From a bacterium (GTDB taxonomy: Bacteria > Krumholzibacteriota > Krumholzibacteriia > G020349025), in the NCBI GenBank assembly GCA_031362565.1, contig JANLSU010000119.1, positions 9,970 through 73,969 on the forward strand: DNA of 64,000 bases. The letters run 5' to 3'. The position numbers and the translations under genes are program-made. This document shows, piece after piece, positions 8,283 to 17,454 of this stretch. Positions within the stretch are counted from its first letter, which is position 1; each line of letters starts with the position of its first letter. The notes beneath the pieces were generated by a model, which had not been told where the DNA came from, did not search any database, and was given only the letters and a program-made list of their open reading frames with translations.

Positions 8283-10748
8283 CTACCGCAGGACGGTGAC
8301 GCGCATTCGTGCCGTCTCGCCGCCCGCCTGCAGGTGCAAATAGTAGACGCCCGATCCCACCTGGCGTCCGGCTGTGTCATCGCCATCCCACGTGATGTCA
8401 TGCGGGCCGCCGGCGCGTTCGCCGGCATCGATCCGGCGGACCAGGCGCCCACGGACATCGAACACCGCGACCGTGACCGTGGCAGGGCGCGGCAGCGCGA
8501 ATTCGATCGTCAACAGGCCCCGAGTGGGATTCGGAAAGCCGCGTCCGAGTTCGAGCTGCGCCGGCAGCCTGGTGGCCGCGGCGGGCGTGCCGCCACCGCC
8601 ATTGTCGTCGCGCGCCGCCATCGCCAAGGTCGTGCCCGTCGTCACGATAAGCTCTGGTGGGTGCGCACCTTCCTTTGAACTGTAGTAGGCGCTGTTCCCC
8701 GACGGGCTGTGGATCCCGAAGCTGTAGGTCCCGTTCCCCGTCACCGCCGCAGTCACATCGAACGGCACCCACGCATTGGCAGGAGCCGCGACCGCGGCAT
8801 TGAGCGGCGCGCCGGCAAAAAACGGCGCATTCTTGAAGTTGATGCCGGTTTCGATCCACGGGGTCGTGGTGTTCCGATAGGTATCGGCGACCCGGTAGGC
8901 GAAGCCGGCGTGATCGCTCGCATCGGTGCAATACAACCGGAGCACTGCACTCTGCACGGGTCCCGCCAGACCGCTGATATTGAACTTCAAGAACGAGTCG
9001 TAGGTTTCGCTGTCGGTCTTGACGCGGAGTGTCGTCGCTGCCCCATACGTGCTGGACCCGGACGACGAGTTCACTTTGGAGTCCTGGACCGCCAGGAGCG
9101 TCACGACGCCGGCAGCTGGCGGCGGCGGTGGAGGCGTTCCGGTGTCGTCATTCACGATGGTCCCCACGGCTTGCGCCCGTGCGACGGTCCCCGCCGAAGC
9201 GTGCGTCAGGTTGACCGCAAACGTCTCGTCGAGCTCGACGTCGGTGTCCCCCGTGACCGGGACTCGAATCGTCCGGCTGTCCGACGTGCCGGTGACCTGC
9301 AGGGTCCCGGACACCGGTGTGTAGTCGATACCGGCGGCCGCACTGCCGGCCGATGTCGACCAATCGACGTCGATCGTGCTGCCGTCGCCGTTCGCGAGCG
9401 TGACCGTGAAGACCGCGTCCGTGCTGTTGGAGTTGCCTTCCGTTGTCTGTGCATCGGCGATCGACAGAATCGGGCCGGAGCCAATCACGTTGACCGCAAC
9501 TTCATCCCAGGGATGCGACGGGCCATCGTCGGCGGTCAACCGCAACACGTAGGCGCCGGGAGCGGTGAAGCTGGCGGTCGTTGCCGCCGCGGTTGGATTG
9601 GCGAATACGGCGGGCGCGGGCCCGCTCGTCGTGGTCCAGCCGAGCGTCAAACGACCGGGCGGCGCTGGATCCCCATCGTCGGTGGAACGTGCGTTCAGGC
9701 TCGCCGCGGCCGGCAACGTCACCGCGAGATCTGGGCCGGCATCCACACAGGGTGGCGCATCGTACACCACCGGGCTGCTGCTCCACGGATTGCGCAGGAG
9801 CGTGAACGGATTGCGGCTGTCCAACGTGACCGTCACCTGGACGGGATCTTCCTCACCGCCGTTGTTGACGCAGGCGCGCAAGATGTTCGCCTCCGCGAAC
9901 GGATGGTCGAGCTTCCAGGTGTGGTCGTCGCCGTGCAACAACAGCAACGGTTTGGCGAACGTCGCCGCGGCAGCCCGGAACTGAGTGAAGAATAGATTTT
10001 GATGGCTGTCGCCGGGACCGTCCTGGCTAAAGAGCACGGCCGCACGCACCCCGGCGCCGCGGTCGCGCAGTTGCTGGCTGACCCAGTCGGCATCTTGTTG
10101 GAGCAGCACGTTCCACACCGTCTGGTTCACCGACGACGGTGGTGACGGCAGATCGATGCCGAGGCACAGGACGCCCTTCGTGATGAATGACCAATTTTCG
10201 TGGCGCACGCTCTGATGCGCGGTCACCGGCGCCCCACAGAAGCCGGCGTCGAAGTCGGTGAAATAGCGCGCCCAGTACGTCCAGGCTTGGGACGGGTTCG
10301 AGCAATCCGTGGTCTCGTTGTCGCCCGGCAGAATGTAGGTCGGCACCGCGAGCGCCCGCATCCAACCGGCCATATCACGGCAAAGGGCTTCCGTGCACGA
10401 GCTCGAGCCGCTCTTGATGTCACCGATGTGCACCATGAAATCGGCGGGGCTGTATTTATTGTGATCGCGGATCTGGCGTTGCAGCGTCGGCACTTCGCTC
10501 GAGCCGTAGGGGACGTCGCCCATCGCCGAGAAGATGAGCACTTGATCCTGGGCGTGCGCGTTGCCCCACGGCGCCACGATCCAGGCCGGCAGCACGACCA
10601 GAGCCTTTTTGCATACGGCCCAAACCCTCGCCCCGCGGGGAGATTCGGATCGCTGAAGGTGTCGCACGAGCGCCCCCTGGAAAGATCGCGTCGGGGCGTG
10701 CACGGGGGCGAGCGCGCCTCGAAAACCTGTAGTCCAGAGAGTATACAC
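8283..10748 (-). CDS. Secreted multidomain protein: metallophosphoesterase-like, Ig/PKD-like, Calx-beta, DNRLRE/CBM-like, FlgD-Ig/T9SS-like C-terminal domain
   Basis: Motifs seen:
- Phosphoesterase: GDVPYG, VHIGDIKSG, LLLHGDDHTW.
- Calx-beta block: ADAQTTEGNS...DVDWSTSAGSAAAGIDYTPVSGTLQV...DETFAVNL...GTIVNDD.
- C-terminal tail: FPNPTRGLLTIEFALP...VAVFDVRGRLVRRI...ITWDGDD...GSGVYYLHLQAG.
The exact start is uncertain; an internal GTG before the signal-like VWAVCKKALVVLPAWIVAP is possible. Confidence 0.8.
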   Translation of the reverse strand: MYTLWTTGFRGALAPVHAPTRSFQGALVRHLQRSESPRGARVWAVCKKALVVLPAWIVAPWGNAHAQDQVLIFSAMGDVPYGSSEVPTLQRQIRDHNKYSPADFMVHIGDIKSGSSSCTEALCRDMAGWMRALAVPTYILPGDNETTDCSNPSQAWTYWARYFTDFDAGFCGAPVTAHQSVRHENWSFITKGVLCLGIDLPSPPSSVNQTVWNVLLQQDADWVSQQLRDRGAGVRAAVLFSQDGPGDSHQNLFFTQFRAAAATFAKPLLLLHGDDHTWKLDHPFAEANILRACVNNGGEEDPVQVTVTLDSRNPFTLLRNPWSSSPVVYDAPPCVDAGPDLAVTLPAAASLNARSTDDGDPAPPGRLTLGWTTTSGPAPAVFANPTAAATTASFTAPGAYVLRLTADDGPSHPWDEVAVNVIGSGPILSIADAQTTEGNSNSTDAVFTVTLANGDGSTIDVDWSTSAGSAAAGIDYTPVSGTLQVTGTSDSRTIRVPVTGDTDVELDETFAVNLTHASAGTVARAQAVGTIVNDDTGTPPPPPPAAGVVTLLAVQDSKVNSSSGSSTYGAATTLRVKTDSETYDSFLKFNISGLAGPVQSAVLRLYCTDASDHAGFAYRVADTYRNTTTPWIETGINFKNAPFFAGAPLNAAVAAPANAWVPFDVTAAVTGNGTYSFGIHSPSGNSAYYSSKEGAHPPELIVTTGTTLAMAARDDNGGGGTPAAATRLPAQLELGRGFPNPTRGLLTIEFALPRPATVTVAVFDVRGRLVRRIDAGERAGGPHDITWDGDDTAGRQVGSGVYYLHLQAGGETARMRVTVLR

Positions 10749-10798
10749 AACGGCAAGCGGCGCAGTCCAGCCGCGGATTGTCGCCGGCGATGCCGGGG

Positions 10799-12865
10799 TC
10801 AGTCACCGCCATATTTAAGGCCAAAGAGGAAACTGCGCTCCATGCCCGGTTCGATGAAACGCCCACCCACACCATTGATGAACACCGACCCCACGTAGCG
10901 CGCGTCGAAGATGTTATCGCAGCCGACGAAGGCGTCCAACCGGCCGCCGCCGACCTGCCGGTGCGCCCCCACGGTGATGTCGGCGATCCCGTACGCCGGC
11001 ACCCGGTTGGTGTTCGCATCGTCCGCAAAATACTGGCCCAACGAGTGAACGCCCGCCTCGACAAACGCCCCAAACGGGGCTTCCCAGCCCAGCTTTTCGT
11101 CGAGAATGAAGGGCGCAATCCCGGCGCTCTGGTTGTCGGCGAAATTGCCGAGCTGGTTGCGGTATTCGACGTAGCGATTGCGCGACACGCTGCAGGCCAA
11201 CCGTGTGTAGACGCCACTCGCAAGGCGCAGCTCGCCGCCGACTTCGACGCCAAGCCGGCGCGACTTCCCGGCAGTCGAATAGTACGCACCGTCATCGAAT
11301 GGGATGATGTCGTTGTACACATCCAGCCCGTACAGCGCCAGGTCGTAACGGAAAAACGACTTGCCGTCCGGGCTCAGCGCCTGCGTCCCCTTGGTCCCTA
11401 ACTCCAGGGTGAAACTATGCGCCAGCTTCAAGAATGGATTCAGGCCGGTCAAGGTGTCGAACGGCGCTGGTGGATCGATCTCGTTGTAGGCCGGTGCTTC
11501 GATGCCGCTCGACAAAGCCAGATAGACGCTCTGGCTCGGCCGGATCCGGAACGCCGCAGCGACCCGTGGACTGACTCGATTCATCGACCGCTTGGCGTCG
11601 AGCGCTGGATTCTGGAAATCCTCGAAGATGAAACGCACCAGGTCGTAGTGCGCCCCGGCGGAGACATTCAACTTCGCCGTTGGGTGTGCCTCGAGCTGCG
11701 AGAAGATCCCGAGAGTATTGATCGCTTCACGCTTGTTCGCGAACGGGGCGGGACCGCTGGCGCGCGTCCCGTTCGGACCCAAGTTGTAGAAGAGCACGGT
11801 GCCGTCCTGGTACGCATCGTCCACCCCGTTCGTCCAACGCAGGTCGAGATCCCGCGCTACAGGGACCTGCCAACGGTACGAAACGCCGCCGCCCGTGTGG
11901 ACGCGCGTGAAGTCGCGGAAGCGGTTGCGCTCGGCTCGATGCAGGACCTTTGGCTCCACAAACGCACTCACGGACAACAGGTCGTCCTTCTGCCAGCCAT
12001 GCTGCAGGCGCACGCCGAGACGGCCGATCGAGTTCTCGCGCCGATAGTTGCGAGTCACGAACGTCGGATCTGCCAGACGAGGGTCGGCGGCGAATTCGTC
12101 GGTGGTAAGCGCTCCGGGTTGCTCGTTCTTGTTGCGCGTCGCCGCGAGAAACACGCCCAAGTCCGTTGAACGCGACAGTTGTGTCAAGATGGATGTCTGC
12201 AACGTGGTTGTGGTGCTTCGACTGTGACGCCGCCAACCATCAAAACGTGTGTTGGACACGGAAAGACGCGCATCGGCGCTGCCGAGGGGCAATGTGCCGA
12301 TGGCGTGCTGCCGCTGCAAGCCGAAGCTGCCGAAGGCGGTCCGCAGTTGGAACGAGCGCGGGCCGATCCGCGAATGCGTGAAAAGATCCACCAGCCCGCC
12401 CGACGCGGAGCCAAAGAGCGCCGAGGCGTTCGAGCGCACGACACGCACGCGCTCGATCGAGCCCATGTCGGCAAAGTCGAGGCTGGTGCGTCCATCGGGC
12501 TCGGTCAGCGGGAACCCGTCGAGCTGAATGCGGATGCCGCGCGTGGTGCCGGCGTTCGAACGCTCCCCGGCGCCGCGCGCCCCGAAACCGCGGATTGTGA
12601 TGCGCACGTCTTGCCCGCCCGAACGGCTCTGGGCAATGACACCAGGCACGGTGTCCAACGCCTCATCCAGGCCGATCTGCCTCTCGGTCTGCAGATCCGC
12701 CGCCAGCACTTCGCTGATCGCGACCGGGCTCGAGAGGCCGCGCCCCGGCAGGCGATCGCCAGTGACCCGCACGGTGTCCGTCATTGCGGTGGCGCTTCCG
12801 GCCTCCGAAAAGGCCCGCACCGGCACTAGGAACGCCGCGAGCAAGATCGTGAAAACGGCGGCCAT
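10799..12865 (-). CDS. TonB-dependent outer-membrane receptor
   Basis: Start reset to ATG at 12865 (MAAVFTILLAAFLVPVRAFS signal). Plug-domain motifs: DEALDTVPGVIAQSRSGGQDVRITIRGFG and IRIQLDGFPLTEPDG. A long beta-barrel with alternating aromatic pattern follows. Confidence 0.85.
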   Translation of the reverse strand: MAAVFTILLAAFLVPVRAFSEAGSATAMTDTVRVTGDRLPGRGLSSPVAISEVLAADLQTERQIGLDEALDTVPGVIAQSRSGGQDVRITIRGFGARGAGERSNAGTTRGIRIQLDGFPLTEPDGRTSLDFADMGSIERVRVVRSNASALFGSASGGLVDLFTHSRIGPRSFQLRTAFGSFGLQRQHAIGTLPLGSADARLSVSNTRFDGWRRHSRSTTTTLQTSILTQLSRSTDLGVFLAATRNKNEQPGALTTDEFAADPRLADPTFVTRNYRRENSIGRLGVRLQHGWQKDDLLSVSAFVEPKVLHRAERNRFRDFTRVHTGGGVSYRWQVPVARDLDLRWTNGVDDAYQDGTVLFYNLGPNGTRASGPAPFANKREAINTLGIFSQLEAHPTAKLNVSAGAHYDLVRFIFEDFQNPALDAKRSMNRVSPRVAAAFRIRPSQSVYLALSSGIEAPAYNEIDPPAPFDTLTGLNPFLKLAHSFTLELGTKGTQALSPDGKSFFRYDLALYGLDVYNDIIPFDDGAYYSTAGKSRRLGVEVGGELRLASGVYTRLACSVSRNRYVEYRNQLGNFADNQSAGIAPFILDEKLGWEAPFGAFVEAGVHSLGQYFADDANTNRVPAYGIADITVGAHRQVGGGRLDAFVGCDNIFDARYVGSVFINGVGGRFIEPGMERSFLFGLKYGGD

Positions 12866-13029
12866 TCGGCGCTCCACGCGAGACCCTCCCAAAAGATGAC
12901 ACGCTATGAACTGCGCGCGCGGTGCAAGGACACCGCTGCAGATCGTGAAGTGGGGCGATCGACTCAGAACGATTGAATCATACAGGTCAAGTCGACATTG
13001 CGGCAAGGCGTCCGCCGCCGCCGGTGCCG

Positions 13030-13452
13030 CTACTCACCGATAATCTTCACCAAGACCCGTTTCTGGCGCCGGCCATCGAATTCGCCGTAGAAGATCTGCT
13101 CCCACCGGCCGAAGTCGAGTTTGCCGTTGGTGACTGCGACGACGACCTCACGGCCCATGACCTGGCGCTTGTGATGCGCGTCGCCGTTGTCCTCGCCGGT
13201 ACGGTTGTGGTGATAGCGTTCGGGTGAAGCATCATACGGCGCCAGCCTTTCGAGCCAGCGTTTGTAGTCTTCGTGCAGTCCGGGTTCGTCGTCGTTGATG
13301 AACACCGAGGACGTGATGTGCATGGAATTCACGAGGCAGAGGCCCTCGCGGATTCCACTCGTACGTAGCGCGGCTTCGACCCGGTCCGTGATGTTTACGA
13401 AGTCCATGCGGACCGGAATCTCGAGCTTCAGGTATTCGGTATGCGATTTCAG
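13030..13452 (-). CDS. YjbQ/UPF0047 family protein (secondary thiamine-phosphate synthase family)
   Basis: Family-typical motifs: [67 protein letters not shown]. The ATG at 13407 would delete the conserved first strand. The in-frame upstream codons read [15 protein letters not shown], and the only start-like codon is CTG at 13452, preceded by GAAAGGGG. The start is therefore uncertain. Confidence 0.75.
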   Translation of the reverse strand: MKSHTEYLKLEIPVRMDFVNITDRVEAALRTSGIREGLCLVNSMHITSSVFINDDEPGLHEDYKRWLERLAPYDASPERYHHNRTGEDNGDAHHKRQVMGREVVVAVTNGKLDFGRWEQIFYGEFDGRRQKRVLVKIIGE

Positions 13453-13470
13453 CCGGGGACCCCTTTCGGG

Positions 13471-14247
13471 TTAGGCCGTGTCCAAACCCCAACGGGCGCG
13501 AATGCCTTTTTCGATGCGGCCGAACAGGAACCGGTCGAGCGCCAACCCGAACAGGATCGTCAGCACCATGATCGCCAACACCTGCGACGCGTCGTTCAGC
13601 TCGCGCCCCATGTACAGCAGGTAGCCCAGCCCGACGCTCGACTTGATGAGTTCCGCGGACACTACGCCGTGCCATCCCAAGGTCCAGCCGAGTTTGATGC
13701 CGGTCACAATGCTGGGCAGCGCCGCCGGAATGATGACGCGATACGGCATGGCATAGGCCGGGGTGCCCAGAGTGCGGGCGGCGCGCAGATACAACGGCGG
13801 AATATTGAGGATGCCGCTCGAGGTGGCAATGGCCACCGCCGCGACCGAACTCATGATGATCACGAAGTAGATTCCGCGATCGCTGAGCCCGAACAACAGC
13901 AATGCGATGGGCACCCACGCCGCGGTCGGCAGAGTCTGCAGGCCCAGAAACAAGGACCGCAGGCAGCCGTTGATGACACGGCTGACGCCCATCAGCAAGC
14001 CCATCGTGAGCCCGATCGCCGCTGAGATACTGAACCCCAGCGCCATCCGTGCCAGCGTGGCGCGGATGCTGGGCCACAGCATGCCGTCGACACCCAGCTC
14101 CCATAGGCGCCGGGCAACGTGCACTGGCGACGGGAACAGGTACTCGCGAACCAGCCCCAGGCTGAAGATCAATTGCCACACCGCGATCAGCGTCAAATAG
14201 AACGCGAGAATCACGAAGTTAAGCGCGTGGTTCGTTTTCTTTGTCAT
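13471..14247 (-). CDS. ABC transporter permease, NitT/TauT (nitrate/sulfonate/taurine-type) family
   Basis: Six-TM BPD-type permease (LQTLPTAAWVPIALLLFG, ARTLGTPAYAMPYRVIIPAALPSIVTGIKLGW). Start reset to ATG at 14247 (MTKKTNHALNFVILAF), which overlaps the ATPase gene's 3' end by 29 nt. Confidence 0.85.
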   Translation of the reverse strand: MTKKTNHALNFVILAFYLTLIAVWQLIFSLGLVREYLFPSPVHVARRLWELGVDGMLWPSIRATLARMALGFSISAAIGLTMGLLMGVSRVINGCLRSLFLGLQTLPTAAWVPIALLLFGLSDRGIYFVIIMSSVAAVAIATSSGILNIPPLYLRAARTLGTPAYAMPYRVIIPAALPSIVTGIKLGWTLGWHGVVSAELIKSSVGLGYLLYMGRELNDASQVLAIMVLTILFGLALDRFLFGRIEKGIRARWGLDTA

Positions 14248-15055
14248 GCGTCTCTTCCAGCTGTGCTGCAATACGGTTGGCGTAGTCCGCCACTTGCGGG
14301 TCGTTGATGTCGCGCGGCCGCGGCAAATCGATCGCGATCTCGGCCTCGACGCGCCCGGGGCGGCCGGTGAAGACCAGGACGCGGTCCCCCAGGCAGGCGG
14401 CTTCGCGTGCATCGTGTGTCACCGCGACGATGGTCTTGCCGGTCCGTACCAGGATCTCCTGGAGTTCCGTGTAGAGCTTGGCGCGTACCAGAGCGTCGAG
14501 CGCGGCGAAGGGCTCGTCGATCAGCAACAGTTGCGGATCGGGTGCCAGCGCTCGCGCCAGCGCCACCCGTTGCTTCATGCCGCCTGAAAGTTCATGCACT
14601 GCAGACTTGGAAAACTCGGAGAGATGCACCAGTTCAAGCAACTCGAGCGCCCGCTCCCGCTGCTTCCGGCGCCGGAATCTGTAGCCAGGCTCCCAGCGCA
14701 ATCCGTACACGACGTTGTCGAGCACGTTCAGCCACGGAAACAGCGCGTGCTCCTGAAACATCATCAGGCGATCGTTGCCGGGGCGTCGAATGGGCTTGCC
14801 GTCGAGGAGAATCTGGCCGGTCGTCGGCGCCGCGAATCCGGCGATAAGGTTGAGGAGCGTGGTCTTGCCGCAGCCCGAGGGGCCGAATAACACCAGGAAT
14901 TCACCGGCTAGGATGTCCACATTGACCTCTTGCAAGACCTCCACCGTCTGCGAAGTGGTCTCGAACGACTTCGAAACCGCGGTGATCCGCAGCTTGACGG
15001 CTCCCGGACGGCGGGCCGGTGGGGCTTCGTTGTCGGTGGCCGGCACGCGTATCAT
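14219..15055 (-). CDS. ABC transporter ATP-binding protein, NitT/TauT family
   Basis: Walker A GPSGCGKTT, signature LSGGMKQRVALARAL, Walker B LLLIDEPF. ATG at 15055 lies 1 nt after the binding-protein stop; TTG at 15067 is an alternative. Confidence 0.9.
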   Translation of the reverse strand: MIRVPATDNEAPPARRPGAVKLRITAVSKSFETTSQTVEVLQEVNVDILAGEFLVLFGPSGCGKTTLLNLIAGFAAPTTGQILLDGKPIRRPGNDRLMMFQEHALFPWLNVLDNVVYGLRWEPGYRFRRRKQRERALELLELVHLSEFSKSAVHELSGGMKQRVALARALAPDPQLLLIDEPFAALDALVRAKLYTELQEILVRTGKTIVAVTHDAREAACLGDRVLVFTGRPGRVEAEIAIDLPRPRDINDPQVADYANRIAAQLEETHDKENEPRA

Positions 15056-15056
15056 C

Positions 15057-16085
15057 TCAATCCGCAATGGGTGGCAGGCGTCGCGCCCGCAGCACCTTGT
15101 TCAAGATTCCCAGCCCATAGATCCCGTGCAGATCCGGCGGCTCACGCAGAAAGCCGACCTGGTGTGCAGATGCAGCCGATTGGCGCAGGGCTACGGGTAA
15201 CGGATCCCACGTGAGTTCGACGCGTCCCAAGGCGCGCTCCACGACCTCGGGCAGCAAGGCCTTGCCGCTCTCCTTCTTGATTTCGGCGTTCAGAATGCGG
15301 GCGGCTGCCGGCTTGTCGGCATTGATCTGTTGGGTGACATCGATGAGCGCGCCCAGCAGCTTCTCCACGAGTTGCGGGTTCGTGGCAAGGAACTCGCGGT
15401 TGACGATGAGATGCGTGGTGACGTATTTGCCGCCCGGCCAGAGGGTTTTCTCGTCCAGGAACAGCTGGCCGCCGCCTTCCAGTTCCAATCGCGACACCCA
15501 AGGTTCCACGGTCCAGGCGCCGTCGATTTCCTTCTTTTGAAACAGCGTCAGCTGGTCGGGATTGGAAAGCGCCAGAAGCGCCAAGTTGCCGCCCTTTTCC
15601 TTCAACTTGTAGCCGTGCGCCGCGAACCACATGCGCGCCGCCACGTCCTGCGTGTTGCCGAGTTGCGGCGTCGCAATCGTCTTGCCGCCGAAGTCGCGGT
15701 CGGTGTGAATTCCCGCGTCCTTGCGCAGGACCAAGCCTGTACCGCCGCTCGCCGCTCCGGCGACGATGACGAACTCCTGCCCCTGCGACTTCATGAAACC
15801 GTTGATGGCGGGATTCGGTCCCACGAACGTCGCATCGATGGCGTGCGAGAACATTGCTTCGATCGCGCTCGGCCCGGCGTTGAACGACGTCCACTCGATC
15901 GGTACGCCGATGGCTTTCTCGAACTGCCCGCCGGCGCGGGCGTAGAGTGCCTGCGCGTGCGTGATGTTGGGACAATGGCCCAACCGCAATACCCGCGCCT
16001 CGGCGGCTGCTGGACATGGCGCGGTAGCAAGCGTTCCGGCAATGCAGGCGAGAAGAAGCGCGAAGCGCGTGCGGCTGGCTCTCAT
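15057..16085 (-). CDS. ABC substrate-binding protein, NMT1/THI5-like (SsuA/TauA-type) fold
   Basis: Start reset to ATG at 16085 (MRASRTRFALLLACIAGTLATAPCPAAA signal). LRLGHCPNITHAQALYA and TPQLGNTQDVAARMWF are typical of this binding-protein class. Confidence 0.8.
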   Translation of the reverse strand: MRASRTRFALLLACIAGTLATAPCPAAAEARVLRLGHCPNITHAQALYARAGGQFEKAIGVPIEWTSFNAGPSAIEAMFSHAIDATFVGPNPAINGFMKSQGQEFVIVAGAASGGTGLVLRKDAGIHTDRDFGGKTIATPQLGNTQDVAARMWFAAHGYKLKEKGGNLALLALSNPDQLTLFQKKEIDGAWTVEPWVSRLELEGGGQLFLDEKTLWPGGKYVTTHLIVNREFLATNPQLVEKLLGALIDVTQQINADKPAAARILNAEIKKESGKALLPEVVERALGRVELTWDPLPVALRQSAASAHQVGFLREPPDLHGIYGLGILNKVLRARRLPPIAD

Positions 16086-16215
16086 GGATGCACCTTTCGG
16101 TGACGTCGCTCGATCGCCGCGCACAGTGTGGCACACGGATGGCGCTCGAGTCCACCCGGGGAACGACATGACGCTGCTGTAACGTTGCGCACCAAAGGTG
16201 TCCGAGTCGAGCCGT

Positions 16216-17274
16216 TTATCGTTGCGGACGGTAGAGATCCTTGACCGAACCCCACGAGCGCTGTTGAACCGCCGTCGGCCCGCCCAAAGTAACGATCTGC
16301 GTCTGAAACTGGGTCATCGTGAGGCCGGTGATCGTGTCCAAATTCAACCGCTCGCGCTCGAAGGCTAACGTCGAAGCCAGGCCTGGACTACCGGCGTCCT
16401 GCAGCGTTTGAAGGATATCGAGCAAGTTGTCTTGCATTGATTGCGACACTGTCGCGGCCCCGCCCGATCCATTCACGAGGGCGCTCAGAGCGGCAATCCA
16501 ATCGTCCTGGGCTTTGAGAATGCGGATCGCCAGCGACGGTGCAGCGACGATGGCCTGCACTGCGCTGCCTCCGAGTTGGTCATACAGCGCAATGTAGTAT
16601 TGCCCACTGGTGGTCGAAGACAAGACTTCATCACGATAGCGTTGCAACGTCACCGTCGGCGGATCGCTGCCGGGACCTTGCGCGGCGCCTTGCCGGCTCC
16701 GCCCTTGCTCGGGGCAGAACCCGGGAATTTGCAGCGCGCAGAGCAGTGCGCCGTAGAACTCCCATGCGCACACATCCCCCTTCGCGCTGACGCCCGTCTG
16801 CGAAACCCAAGCAATGTACAGCGTCCCTGGCGTGCCGACGGCGGCGTTCGGCGCCGCGCCGGTCAGAGAGAAGTAGCCCCATCGCCCGATCCAACCTGGA
16901 TAGAACTGCACCGGTGCTTCGTCCCCGAAAGTGCGCGTGGCGGTGCGCGCCGTCGCGCCGGGTGGAAAGAGAACCGCGCCGAGCGGTGGAGACAAGCTGC
17001 TCACGGTACTCACGCTGAGACCGTCTCCGATCGCGGCTTGGTCGAGCACGAGCGGGAGTTGCACCGTCGGACTGGTGACGACCCAGTACGAACCCTCGTT
17101 CGACGGTAAATAGGCGTCGGCCGCATCGATGGTCACGGTCGTGACTCGGGCCGGGCGCGGTGCGGCGGCGGATTGGCTGGCGCCGGCCACAAGAGCCCCG
17201 GAGGTCAACACGACAACGGCAAACAATCCGATGCGGGTTTGTGACGCGGCGTGCAAGGCGTTACGTTGTGACAT
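16216..17274 (-). CDS. Secreted hypothetical protein ending in W-G-S-V-K-D-L-Y-R-P-Q-R
   Basis: Start reset to ATG at 17274, with GGGAGG 7 nt upstream and signal IGLFAVVVLTSGALVAGASQSAAA. Good GC3. No family recognised. Confidence 0.6.
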   Translation of the reverse strand: MSQRNALHAASQTRIGLFAVVVLTSGALVAGASQSAAAPRPARVTTVTIDAADAYLPSNEGSYWVVTSPTVQLPLVLDQAAIGDGLSVSTVSSLSPPLGAVLFPPGATARTATRTFGDEAPVQFYPGWIGRWGYFSLTGAAPNAAVGTPGTLYIAWVSQTGVSAKGDVCAWEFYGALLCALQIPGFCPEQGRSRQGAAQGPGSDPPTVTLQRYRDEVLSSTTSGQYYIALYDQLGGSAVQAIVAAPSLAIRILKAQDDWIAALSALVNGSGGAATVSQSMQDNLLDILQTLQDAGSPGLASTLAFERERLNLDTITGLTMTQFQTQIVTLGGPTAVQQRSWGSVKDLYRPQR

Positions 17275-17454
17275 GAATGAACCTCCCGCACGATCGATGT
17301 CGAAGATCGAAAAGCTCCGCGGACCTGCGACCTGGCAGTAACGAGGATGTGACGCGACGGTATACATTTGAGGATCGGGTTGCAAGCGTGTCCCCGGCGG
17401 AGCGATCGCGACGCGTGGAGATCGCAAAAACACGGAGCGTAGCAGTTGATGTTG

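Noticed and set aside
12977-13006. Sigma-70-like promoter on the minus strand: TTGCCG-N18-TATGAT, about 110 nt upstream of the TonB receptor start.
   Set aside because: It matches only 4/6 and 5/6 of the consensus with a non-optimal spacer. The promoter consensus for this lineage is unknown, so it is not strong enough to report as a feature.
12866-13029. Possible TPP (THI-box) or cobalamin riboswitch in the leader of the TonB receptor gene, and also at 16086-16215 upstream of the ABC operon.
   Set aside because: Only fragments are seen (CTGAGT, CCCCACTTCACGATCTGCAGCGG). The conserved CUGAGA ... ACCUGAUCUGGAUAAUGCCAGCG core is not present. This needs a covariance-model search to be sure.
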